A stretch of 64,000 nt of DNA, from contig CP089277.1 of NCBI GenBank assembly GCA_023920165.1, forward strand, positions 3,162,001 to 3,226,000. The letters run 5' to 3'. Shown piece by piece: positions 38,586-49,322 of the stretch (position 1 is its first letter; each line of letters opens with the position of its first letter). The DNA is from Curvularia clavata (Eukaryota). The translations under genes and the position numbers were made by a program. The notes under the pieces are model-generated. The model saw only the letters and a list, made by a program, of their open reading frames with translations, searched no databases and had not been told where the DNA came from.

Positions 38586-40190
38586 ATGAGTGGCCATGGC
38601 GATCCTCGATTGCTCTACACCATTGGCGGCATCAAGGCCTACCACATCCAGCAGGGCGAGGAGACTCCTCTTACCCCCTCTGGGCCCCAGACACTGTCAC
38701 TGTTGATGGTGCCTACCAACTCACCCTTTGCCGACCTTAGTGCGCGCGGCCAGAACGCTGCGCCCGAGGAAGACTTCTACCTCCACCTCAATCTGCCTCC
38801 CGAGCTTGACCTTCCCCTCCCTGCGACGACCCAGATCTACCACCAGCCGCCGCGCAGCTACCTCATACCGCGATGGGACCTCGGCCCTGAGAGCGCTGCC
38901 TTTACGCGGATTGAGTTCCCGCCAATTGGAAAGGGCTCGAATTCAGTTACACAGGAGGATATCGACACCTTTGAGACCATCTTGGCGCAGTGCACAGCCT
39001 TCCTGGAGCGTGCGCAGGCGCCATCGCATGAGAAGGGCAAGGGTGACGTCAAGGCGTATAACCCTCAGGACTACAGACCTGGCGAGGGCTACGTTGGAGC
39101 TGGCGGCCAAGGCGAAGTAGTCCTGGTGGATGAGGAAAACGGCAGCATTGTAGGTGAGCTGGCTGAGGGCGCTCAAGTCCATGCCGACCCAGCAATCAAG
39201 CAAGGATCCAAGAGTAAGTTGCTCAGAGTTGTCTCTGACACGTTCCTCACTCATGCTAACACAGACAAAGATCCCGTCGAGATTGTGGTATCACCAGACG
39301 GCAAGCGTATCGACATTCGACCTCTCGAAGAGGACTACCTCGACATGGCCCGCCATCCCGCATACAAGGACTCCGGACTTGTGCAAAACGCTGCCGCAGC
39401 ATCGCGACTGATTGTTACGGGTTCTAGCTACCTCAGTAACATGATGGTATCTGGCGCGGAGACCTTTATGAACAAGACAAGGCCAAATGAAAAGCCCATG
39501 GTCTTCAAGCCGTCTACACACGAGCGCGTCCGCAAAATCAACACCTTCACCACGGGCGTCGCTGGTTACTCGGCCAAGACTGTTGGTCAAATCACAAAGT
39601 ATGCTCAGAACGCAGCAGCAGGTATGACAGGTCACAAGAAGACGCACGCCAAGAGCGTAAATCCTGATGGCACACCAAACACAAACTACAAGCCTGGTCT
39701 GCTGAACAAGAGCTTAATCGCCTTTTCAACTGTTGCCGACGGCATATCGCATTCTGGCAAGCAGATTCTGACCAGCGGCGGAGCGGCTGCCAGTGCTGCT
39801 GTCGGTCACAAGTACGGCGCTGAAGCGGGACAAATCACCAACAACCTCGCTGGTGGCGTCAAGAATGTTGGTCTCGTGTACATTGACGTCACTGGTGTCA
39901 GCAGAAAGGCTATCATCAAGTCTGTTGCTAAGGGCATGGTCGTTGGTAAGGTCAAGGACAAGAAGGGCAACGAGCAGACCGTCATCGTTGGAGGTGGCGA
40001 TGGAGGCGTAGTAGATGGCGACATGAAGTCACAGTATTCGGCTACTAATACTGTGCCTCCACCTAACCAGTCTTCTACCCCTACGCCTGGAGGCCAAGTT
40101 TCTTTTGGAGGTCCACCACCGAGCTATCGAACTGGTGTGGGTGAGTCACTTGAGGGACAGTCGGCGTACTACCCAAATGAAAAGAGATAG
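38586..40190 (+). CDS. Spartin/senescence-associated domain protein
   Basis: LLYTIGGIKAYHIQ, EDFYLHLNLPPELDLPLPATTQIY, DTFETILAQCTAF, VVLVDEENG, AVGHKYG.EAG, VGLVYIDVTGVSRKAIIKSVAKG. Probable in-frame intron ~39214-39264/39270. Confidence 0.85.
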   Translation: MSGHGDPRLLYTIGGIKAYHIQQGEETPLTPSGPQTLSLLMVPTNSPFADLSARGQNAAPEEDFYLHLNLPPELDLPLPATTQIYHQPPRSYLIPRWDLGPESAAFTRIEFPPIGKGSNSVTQEDIDTFETILAQCTAFLERAQAPSHEKGKGDVKAYNPQDYRPGEGYVGAGGQGEVVLVDEENGSIVGELAEGAQVHADPAIKQGSKSKLLRVVSDTFLTHANTDKDPVEIVVSPDGKRIDIRPLEEDYLDMARHPAYKDSGLVQNAAAASRLIVTGSSYLSNMMVSGAETFMNKTRPNEKPMVFKPSTHERVRKINTFTTGVAGYSAKTVGQITKYAQNAAAGMTGHKKTHAKSVNPDGTPNTNYKPGLLNKSLIAFSTVADGISHSGKQILTSGGAAASAAVGHKYGAEAGQITNNLAGGVKNVGLVYIDVTGVSRKAIIKSVAKGMVVGKVKDKKGNEQTVIVGGGDGGVVDGDMKSQYSATNTVPPPNQSSTPTPGGQVSFGGPPPSYRTGVGESLEGQSAYYPNEKR

Positions 40191-40249
40191 AGTAGAGCGT
40201 AGCTGGTTCTATGAAAACAGGCTTCACGAGGTATGAGATTACGACCAAG

Positions 40250-40640
40250 ACTATTGGACATGGTGCACTGGAGGGTATCTAGTTATACGATTTGCGTCTT
40301 CAAAATATTTGTCTACGATGTTAGTTTCTTCCAGCTCAGTGTGTTTTCATAAATACTTGTTCAATACTTGCAGCATCTTGAAATTTCATCATCCATCTGC
40401 TCTGTGTCTGCTTGCACTAAGATTTATACTTGCACTTGGCTTGTTCGCATTTACTCTAGATCACTCCTGTCTCTCAATCATATTTATGCATCTTGAATCT
40501 ACAAGACCATCTAGAGTATTTACAGTAATCTCAGTAATCTACTCTCTGCTAGAAAGTTTAGTCAAAACGTCTCAGCTATTGCAGAAGTGCCGTAAGACGA
40601 TACCAGCATTGCTACCCTACTGTATTCACGTCTAGCTACA
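40250..40640 (-). pseudogene. Possible degraded gene relic (RIP-like)
   Basis: AT/TpA-rich; a protein-like minus frame is interrupted by TAG/TGA codons, while the in-register antisense frame (40309-40635) is open. Confidence 0.3.
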
Positions 40641-43600
40641 GGCCCTATTTTTTTTTCTAGCTATGTGTGTATTTGTGACCCAGTTGTGCTGTGTTTACAA
40701 CTATGTGGAGATATGGGTTGAAATATTAAGACTTTATAGTTACTAAATATTTGATTGTTGTATCTGATTGCAGGATTGAGCAGACGAAGACGGATTGAGA
40801 TGTACCAAGTTCTCTGTTAGTATCAATACATGATAAGAGAGTAGACAGTGGTACACATTGTGCTGTCCGGTAGCCATAGCTACGATGTATTATCTCTTGA
40901 AGATGTACGTCTCTGTTTCTTGCGGTACTCATCGTGTTTGTGTTCATGTTTCGCTTCTCTATTTGAAGTATTCACAATTAGCCAGCAAGCAGAGAAGAGG
41001 TTATAGCAGTACACTCAGATTGGGTATGACAGCAACTCAGAAACTCCTTAGTACGGTTGCTAAAAAGGATCCAGTGAAGAAACCCACGTTTGGATATCTC
41101 AGAGCTTAGTGGAGGAAAGCTCTGAACAAACCACTTCATACACTGGGTTGTGCCTCGCAAGCTGAAAGAAAGAACTACAACTTGATCATCGAAGTGCGCT
41201 CCAGAAAACGGAGCTGTAGAAGCTCATTCCTACACACTCCAGACCGCGGCAGAGCGCTCAGCTGGTCAGTCCAGCTGAATCACGTGACGATTTCCCACCG
41301 TCTCAGCTTCTTCTTTCCATACCACTCCGGTCTCAATTAGGATAACCTCCTAAGTCGCAAGACCCTCCCTCCTCCCACCCATCAACTACGATTCTGCTTT
41401 GAGAAAAGCAAACAAGCTAGGCAATTTACCAGCGCCTTTTGCCTGCAAGCGCATAACCATCAGCCCACCATCGTACGTTTTATATCACACCCTCGACTCG
41501 TTTAAACTATATGACGACGAGGCGAGCTGTTCAGCCCTCTCGCCTAGAGAAGAGTGTGGCAGTCCATGGCGTGTGGGGGTTTTTTTTCCTCCCACGCCCA
41601 CGCCACAGCGTCATGTAACTTGGACCAGGGAAAACAAGACAATAAAGGGGGCCAGGGTATGGAAGGGGTTTTTGCGTGTAGGATCATGTACTAATGACTG
41701 GGCTAGGCGTGATATACCCTCCATGATGAAGCTTCGCCTTGGAGGCGCACCTCGTCAGCCATCCACGACGACCGCGACTCAAATGCGCAAAAGGTACATG
41801 ATTGTCAGGTCCCTTAGCACAGTCGCGATATGCCGTTTGTCCGTGTGTCCGTGTGCCCATGTGCCCGTGTGCGCACCCTGTAGGCAGCGCAGGCCCGAGC
41901 CGGCTCCCCCGTTCGCGGTTATGTGAGGGTCCCTTAGCCGACAATGGATGTGCATTGCCTAGCTAGTATTTCGTAGCTAGCTAGCTGTGAATCCGTCGCA
42001 AGGAAACTTCCGATAAAAGTGGGACCAGGACGTGATTGACAGTGTGAATATACGTACTGGAAGTAGTAGTAGAGGACTATATGCACTGAGTGTCGATTAT
42101 GCTACAAACGGAGCCACACTTTACAACTTTTGGTCGTAGGTCGCTGATCGCATAGACCCATCCACTTCCCCATATACCCTACTAGTAGATTTTTTTTGTG
42201 GTTTCGTTAGTTCATTCAAGACGCCCCTGGTACATTCACGGCATTGCAGCCCGATATTGGAGTGTTTGAGGTCTGTGGGTAGCTCACTCTCTGTCTGGGA
42301 GGTAGTGGTGTGGAGGTAAACACTAACGATACTTTGTCCCTTTTTGCTTTTTTTCATGGCGCTGCAAGCTGCAAGGTGCATTTTCTCCGTCGAACAGCGA
42401 TCGGCGACGGGGCAGGCGCATGTGTCTTCCGGTCTACCATGTATGTACAGGTTCCTATTTGGACATACCCTTACCCATGTGCGACGTGTAACATTGACAA
42501 GGCCAAGGGGCCCATGGCAAGCTGGAAGCAAGGGTCGCGTAGCTTTACTCGTCTTTTTCTTTTTCTTCCCTTACATAGCATGTACCTGTCCAAGGGTCGA
42601 TGGGGGGTATGTGGTGTGGCACGCGCGTGCTTTTTGCCGTTGCCCAACTACCCGGATTGGGCATATATGGAAACAAGCGCCCTTGTTCCGTATCCAGGTA
42701 AGGTTTTCCGAATGTGAAAGAATAAGACAGCATTGTAACATGAGTGTATGCACGTCAACGTTCTAGGAAAGAGGTGGGTACTTCCGTTGCAAGATGGGGG
42801 CACCGTTGCGAGAAGTGGGTACTATTTTTAAAGCGGAAGGTGAGTAGATGGGTCCTAAGGGGGGTTTGACGACTTTATTGATCTGTTCGGTCGGCGGTAC
42901 TTTGTTAATATCGAAGGGGGATGCGCTTCTCCAACAGGTGTTTCCAATGCTTGGCGCAAAATGCAGAGAAGTGGCTTGTGAAGTTGCAAGGGCCATTATC
43001 GTAGTGGAGCTCCAGGAGAAAAGTGGGTATCGCTTTGATAGTAGTGTCGGCGTTGCATGCCCTTGCTTCGGTGGAATAGCAACGTGCCGAACTGTTGCAG
43101 GGCAGCCGCCGCATCATGTGAAGGGAATAGAGACATGGTCGAGATGCTCAACCTTGGGTTTGGAGAAGACCACGGACCTTGGGGCGAACCTCATCTGCGT
43201 CTGGGATGTTGGATGAAAGCAATTGCAAGGTGTTGCTGCACAGAGATCCTAGCCATAGGTATTCGTCATTGGGGCACGTGTGTGCGTGCCATGTGACACC
43301 CCTCGCGATACCTGCACGACAGCTCTTATTCGCCCTCGGAGTACGAGCAGCTAAGGTAAAACCCGTATGCGTGAGTACGTACGTATCGCGGTTTGGATTA
43401 CGCAGCGCCCCTCCATGGAGTCATGTGCATTGCGCAAGCAAACCGGCGTGTCCTACGCGGCACTCACCTTATCGTGTAACAGGTGCGGTCTGCAGAGTCA
43501 AATGGGTATGGTACGCGATAACCCCCCAGCGCAGATGATGTCGGATGTAGGGATAGAGAGAGAAGACGAATTTTTAAGGCGACCAACCGCAATAGGGCGA

Positions 43601-43995
43601 ATATAACTCCGATGGGGGGCGAGGTACTCCAGCCTGGAGCCAGCTGCTGTTGGGGTCAGGTGGAGTTGGTCGTCGCCTCACTCTACACCATGTGCACCCT
43701 CGACCATCCAACGAGCGTGCACAACCGTGGCGATGATACTCCGTCATGTTCTGGCTCAGTGGCAAGCTGCCAGCCTTAGGAATTCCGTGTGAGCACTGCG
43801 GTGTAGACAGCTTGAAGGCGGGAAGATAGTGCCGATAGCGATATAAATTCCGAGCCCTTGTTTGCTACCAGTATATAGAGTCATTCATCAAAGAGTAGCC
43901 TTTGAAGCACAAGTTTCCCTGTGTGGTTCATATTTTTCAGATACGAATACGCTGTTGAACGAGTCTTCAACCGTGCCATACTATACCATCCAGCC

Positions 43996-44094
43996 ATGGT
44001 CCTCGAAGCCGCCCTCAGCCTCCTCGTCATTGGCAGCCTCAAGCTCACAGCCCTAGGCCTGGCCATTGTCTGGAAAGCGCGGTATCAAGACTAA
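43996..44094 (+). CDS. Candidate 32-aa hydrophobic micropeptide or uORF (MVLEAALSLLVIGSLKLTALGLAIVWKARYQD)
   Basis: Strong start context cagccATGG, TATA-like elements at ~43842 and ~43872, C-ending codon bias, single hydrophobic helix with basic tail. Confidence 0.4.
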   Translation: MVLEAALSLLVIGSLKLTALGLAIVWKARYQD

Positions 44095-44448
44095 AGCAAC
44101 CCGCCTCCAGACGCAAAAGAAACAAATATCCGTTGAGACAGTGGAAAGAGGATAGAGCGAGAAGACTAATTATCTTCATCACAGCACACTCCGAAGGGCA
44201 GAAACACGAATAGGCGATAGCAGCAGTCAGGACAGCCAGGCCCCGCGCTGCATTCAGCCTCACTCCACCCATTCCCCGATTTTACCCCGCATCACGCAAC
44301 CTTGCGACTGTGCATCGTGCTTGCGCTACGAGAGGGAAGGCAGGACCGTCAAAAAGAAAGAAAGAAAGGTGGGAAGGTACCACCACCGACGACGACGACT
44401 ATCTCATACACCGCTCACGTGGTCTATACACATATACCATCCACCACC

Positions 44449-46189
44449 ATGTCCCCTCCATCCCCAGACCCCGTAACCTTTAACCGCATCCCCATCCTGC
44501 CCCTCAGCGCGGCTCTCTCGCCAGCTACAAAACCTCAGTTCCTCTCGGACCTGCGCAACGCGCTTCTGCACGTCGGTTTTCTCTACCTGAGTGACACGAG
44601 CCTTCCTTCCGACCTTGTGTCGCGCGTGGTGCAGGAATGTCGACGATTTTTCGAAGAGCTGCCTCAGGAAGAAAAGGAGAAGATTGAAATGAAGAATGAA
44701 AAGAGTTTTTTGGGCTGGTCGAGGGTAAGTTTGGTTACTTCTTAGTTCAATGCACCATTTTCCAAGGAAAGGCATGTTTGTTCAAAATGTCTATTAAATG
44801 TCTTTGTCAAAACCGCTACATCGAACATCTTATATGCTACGCTATGCACTTGACCATTGGCCAACAACACGACGGGTGTAAGGAAACTATGGTACAGTAA
44901 AAAAAGAGAAAAAGAGATTGGAGAGAGAGAGGAAAAAGAAAAAAGCGACCGGCCGTTGAACCCATCAGTGCGTCAAGAAAAAGAAAGCAGAACTACCGAC
45001 CAAGAATGCTCCGAAAGAAAGAAAAATACAAAAACCGAAATCGCTACACTACTACCACCAATTGCCAAACGAAAGAGAAATCATCTGGGTATATCATCCG
45101 TCTTCGAAAAACAACTCAACGGACAGAAACAACAACAATGTGTACTTTCGCAATCGTTATTTTCGAGTCCCAATTCACCGCTGCCATTACGTTCCCTCCT
45201 CTTTTCATCTCCTCCTGTTTCTCGCAACAAACATGTTTCTCGTTGATATTAAACTTTCCGACTCGTGTAATGAAGAAGATAATTTTTCGACCCGCATGCT
45301 GACATGTTTGGTTCCTTTGCAGCTCGACAACGAGACGACGGCCTTCAATCCCGACCACAGAGAGCAACTCGATCTCTCAACGCCGCATCCCATTCCGGGA
45401 CCCGACGCACCCATATACCACAATCTTCTTGCGCCAAACCAGTGGCCATCGCACCAACATGTCCCAGACTTTCGGCCCGTGTATGAAGAGTACATTCAAC
45501 GCATGTCGCACATCTCGACACTGTTTACGTCGCTGATTGCAGAGGCCATTGGGCTCCCAGCCACAGCGTTTGATAAGTTCTTTGATCGTGATCAGCAGCA
45601 CAAGCTCAAGATAGTAAAGTATCCCGAGGTGGATGTGCCCGACTTGCCCGCGGGTGCAAGTGAGATGGACCGCAAGAAGTGGGAGATTAAGCGCCAAGGC
45701 GTCGGACCGCACAAGGACAGCATGCTGACCAGCTACCTGCTGCAAGCATCAAACCAGCTCGGACTGCAAGCGCAAAACGCAAAAGGCGAGTGGATAGATT
45801 GCCCGCCCATAGCCGGTACCCTTGTTGTGGCGATCGGACAAGGCATGGAAGCCTTGACGGACGGCGTATGCGCCTCAACCACACATCGCGTTCTCAGTCC
45901 GCGCAAAGGCGAGGGGGCGCGGTACTCGGTTCCCTTCTTCCAGGGGGTAAGCTACGACGCGAAGTTCGAAGCCATGGACGTTCCAGAAGAGGTACTCAAG
46001 CTGAGAGACGAGGCGAGGAAGCAGCGCAGGGACGACGTCGAGTTTACCTTTGTCAAGGGCCGTTGGGGCCATCTCGGCGAGGCAACGCTGATGAACCGCA
46101 TCAAGAGTCATCCTGACGTAGGAGAGCGTTGGTACCCGGAGCAGCTGAAACAGATTCGCGCTCAGCAGGGCAGGCAGCAGCAGCAGTAG
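44449..46189 (+). CDS. 2-oxoglutarate/Fe(II) dioxygenase (IPNS/DIOX_N family)
   Basis: IPILPLS, LRNALLHVGFLYL, FFEELP.EEK, FLGWSR|LDNETT..DHREQLD, PNQWP, KIVKYP, GVGPHKD (HxD), TTHRV (His), RYSVPFF (RxS). One 597-nt intron 44725-45321. Confidence 0.92.
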
Positions 46190-47791
46190 CAGTAGAAGGC
46201 GTCATTGTCGTAGGGTAGCATGTATGCAAACTTGGGCCTGAGGTGTTGCGATAGTGCATCCACGTATACCGTGACACTGACAGCAGCGGATAGCCGTTGA
46301 CGCAAAGACAGGCAAACCCCGCTCTCGCTCGCAGCCGTTGATGCGGTGTGACACAGAAAGCGACGAGTGATGCGAAGCGAGATAGGTACAATGATGCGGT
46401 GAGCTGATATCCACCTGGGCAAGGGACAGAGGCCGGGAACGCTTCCTACTGCAGGCAGGAACATGGCAGAGCAGGCCCCCGCCCGAAGGTCGGAGCTTCC
46501 ATTGGACGGAAGCGTGCCCGAGCCCATGTTCACGGATCCGCGGGAAGCCACGCATGGCCTCCACACACATACCCTGGCCTTGGCGGCAGCGCAAAACGGG
46601 TCCCAGAGATGTCAAGCCACCAAATTTTCTGCTGGCCTCGGTCCTACGGCGGTGTTTGCAGCCCATCAGCGGGCCAGCGGCGGGACCAGTAATGCCGGAG
46701 ACATGGCAATGGCGGCGCGCACGACATGCTGATGTTGCGCGTCGTAGCCGAGCAGTGGGCTCGAGGGTGGTTGTATTTGGCATTCCGCGTTTCAGCGTCG
46801 CAGCTAGTCTGCCCGTCCAGGGAAACTCTGCCAGTCTCTGCGCACCGCATGCGGGGCTACCCTGCGCCCACCTTGGCTTCCTCTGGTGCATACACTACAC
46901 GCACACATGCACGACGGCTGCCGCAGTCATCGGAAGTCGGGCGACATCGGAAGAATGGCGGCTCCAAGGATCCGAGAAGGGTTCCAAATCAGGCGCACCC
47001 GGACAAACTGAAGCGACCAGAAGGACCAAGGGGACAAAGGAAAAAAAAAGATAGTCGGGACCAGAATCGAGGATCCACGGAATGTTCCATTTGCTCATTT
47101 CCCTTGTTCTGAAAAGCTTCCATAGTTCCACTGTCGCTAGCAGACCGCACACCAGCAATAGCGTGCCATGGTAATTTTGATTGGCAACGCGCGGGTGGGC
47201 GACTGGATGCTGATTTGATCCTACCCGTCCGCCTGTGGGTCGCGCCGTGTTGCTGTTTCATTGTGTTTTATGCGATCGTGGGGGGTAACTCCAACACGGA
47301 TGCAAAATTGTCCGAATTCGGGCTTGGAGTACCTGCACGGGGCGCCATGATGCGGTGAACCTATGGGTTGCCTGGGCTTAGCGCGCCAACACCCGCAACA
47401 CAGGTGACATGGTCGTCCCTAACAATTCCCGCACGATCGTGCCTTGCCGTCATGGACGAGATCGAAAAGCCGGAGCGTGCTACTGCTTTCAGAAGCACCC
47501 TTGCGCTGCTGCTCGGGGCGGTGGTTTGGAAGAGGGATGATGCTATTTTTTGACATGTCGCCGAGGGGCAGGGCTTATCGCTGCGGTGCCGTGTGGGGCC
47601 GTGTGGCTTTATAGGTTGGAACTCGATTGACAAGTTTGTGAAGAACATGCTGTTTCATGTGACATGGGTGGTTTGAGGCGTTGTTTAGCATTCGAGGCTC
47701 TAAGAATGGTGATTGCAATCCCGGCATCCAGGCCAGCGGTCGGCAGCCACAAAGGGTTTTGTGGAACATGCTTGGACGAGCCGCGTCATGC

Positions 47792-49322
47792 TCAATGCTC
47801 CACCTTCATGTTGGACTGATACGGCTGGTACATGATGTGCTGGCCTTGCTCATTCATCATCTGAGACTGGCTGTGCTGGGCATGCATCATGGGCATCTCG
47901 CCGGCGTGGCTAACTTGTGGGGGATAGCCTGGCTGAGGTCCGACAGCATACGAGCCATAGGGCGCCGAAGTGTGGTGCTGCTGATGCTGGGCAGGAGCCT
48001 GGCTCTGGACAGATTGGTGGTGCATCGGAACGCTCATATGTCGCTGGTATTCCGAAGCATGCGGCGAGGGATGTGAGGTGGGCGTTCCGTATCCTGACAT
48101 TGGCATAGGCTGTGACGTGACCATAGAGGCGTTCTCAAGAGGATATGACATGGCCCGCGCGTTGCTTTCCATGACATATGGGCTCGGGTACGACATGTTA
48201 GGCTGCTCGACTGCATGAACAGATGGGTCCTGCACCGGCATCGAAACTTGGTGGTGTTGTTGCGGTTGCGGTTGCTGAGGTTGCTGTTGCGGGTGGCCAG
48301 GATGGGGACTCCAGCGAACCGCCTCGTGTTGAGGCTGTTGAACCTCGCCCATGGCTGGTGAAGTATCGACATGCGGCGACGATACATGCTGGGAATATGT
48401 GTGCTGAGGCTGCCAATGCGCGGGCTGTGAGACAGGCGTTGCAATCTCGGGGACTGAGTGTGCGCTCCTTGCAGTTCCGGTTGACATCCTACGGGGCTGG
48501 CTGAGCATCTGAACGCGGTCGCTGGGCGAGGGTGCCCCTGCTTTGGAGTTAGTGAAAATGCACTACAATCACATCATATTCAGACGTTGAGTATTGTCGT
48601 TGTCGTCTCGCTCGCGCAGCAAAAAAGAAAGTAAACGTTACAGATGCTGCGCGTCGCTAAATGCAGCGGGCCAACCGAGCTGTGGGAAGCGGGCCAGCGG
48701 AAAAACAAATGTGTGATGGTGCTGCTGCGAGAACGACCAAGGCTGCAAACCAAAACGGCTGCGGCCCGAGACACCAAAAAAGCAATCGCAGCGGGACAAC
48801 CAGCTGAGTGGTGGAACAACTGGACAGTGCTTTTGAGGAGACCAAAAAAAAAATTCATCACATACCTGCGCCTTGCTCGGGGACACCGAGGGTGGAAACT
48901 GCATGCGACAAGCGTGCACGTAGCACGGCATTTTCCTGCTCAAGCTCCTCGTTCCTTCGGATCAGGTCCATCATCTTGGTCGAAGAGTTGTTCTCGAGCT
49001 GTGCCGTGAGGTCACGAACCTGGCGCTCCAGAGTGTCAATGTGGTCCTTTGTCCTCTGGCGGATAGCTCGCTGCGCTTCTCGGTCGTTTGCTCTCTTTCG
49101 TTCCAGCTGAGCAGCCGTCAGTGTGGTGACGCTGCGTGTGCCAGCTCTGGATGGGCGCTTCTTCGCGCCGGGGGTAAGTTGCCTGGCCTCGGAGCCAGAC
49201 GAGTGGCCCTCGTAGGGCGGGGATCTCTTCTGCTGGTCCATATGAGGGGACTGAAAGCTGGAGGCACTCATGTGATCACTCCTGTAGGCAATGGGGTCGC
49301 GGTAGTGAAGAATTGAAGTCAT
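47792..49322 (-). CDS. bZIP transcription factor (fungal; Q/H/P-rich C-terminus)
   Basis: SRAGTRSVTTLTAAQLERKRANDREAQRAIRQRTKDHIDTLERQVRDL...LEQENAVLR. Intron 48865-48538 joins in frame to the low-complexity exon ending at 47792. Confidence 0.88.

Noticed and set aside
42763..43200. Minus frame of ~140 codons broken by a single TGA
   Set aside because: No recognisable homology or splice signals; compatible with chance.
46175..46195. CAG CAG TAG CAG TAG at the dioxygenase stop as programmed readthrough
   Set aside because: Readthrough would add only two residues and no targeting signal; better explained as a decayed CAG microsatellite.
48577..48861. Box C (GTGATGA) and box D (CTGA) in the bZIP intron as a C/D snoRNA
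   Set aside because: Box C abuts the splice donor, the span is too long, and no terminal stem or recognisable rRNA guide is seen.
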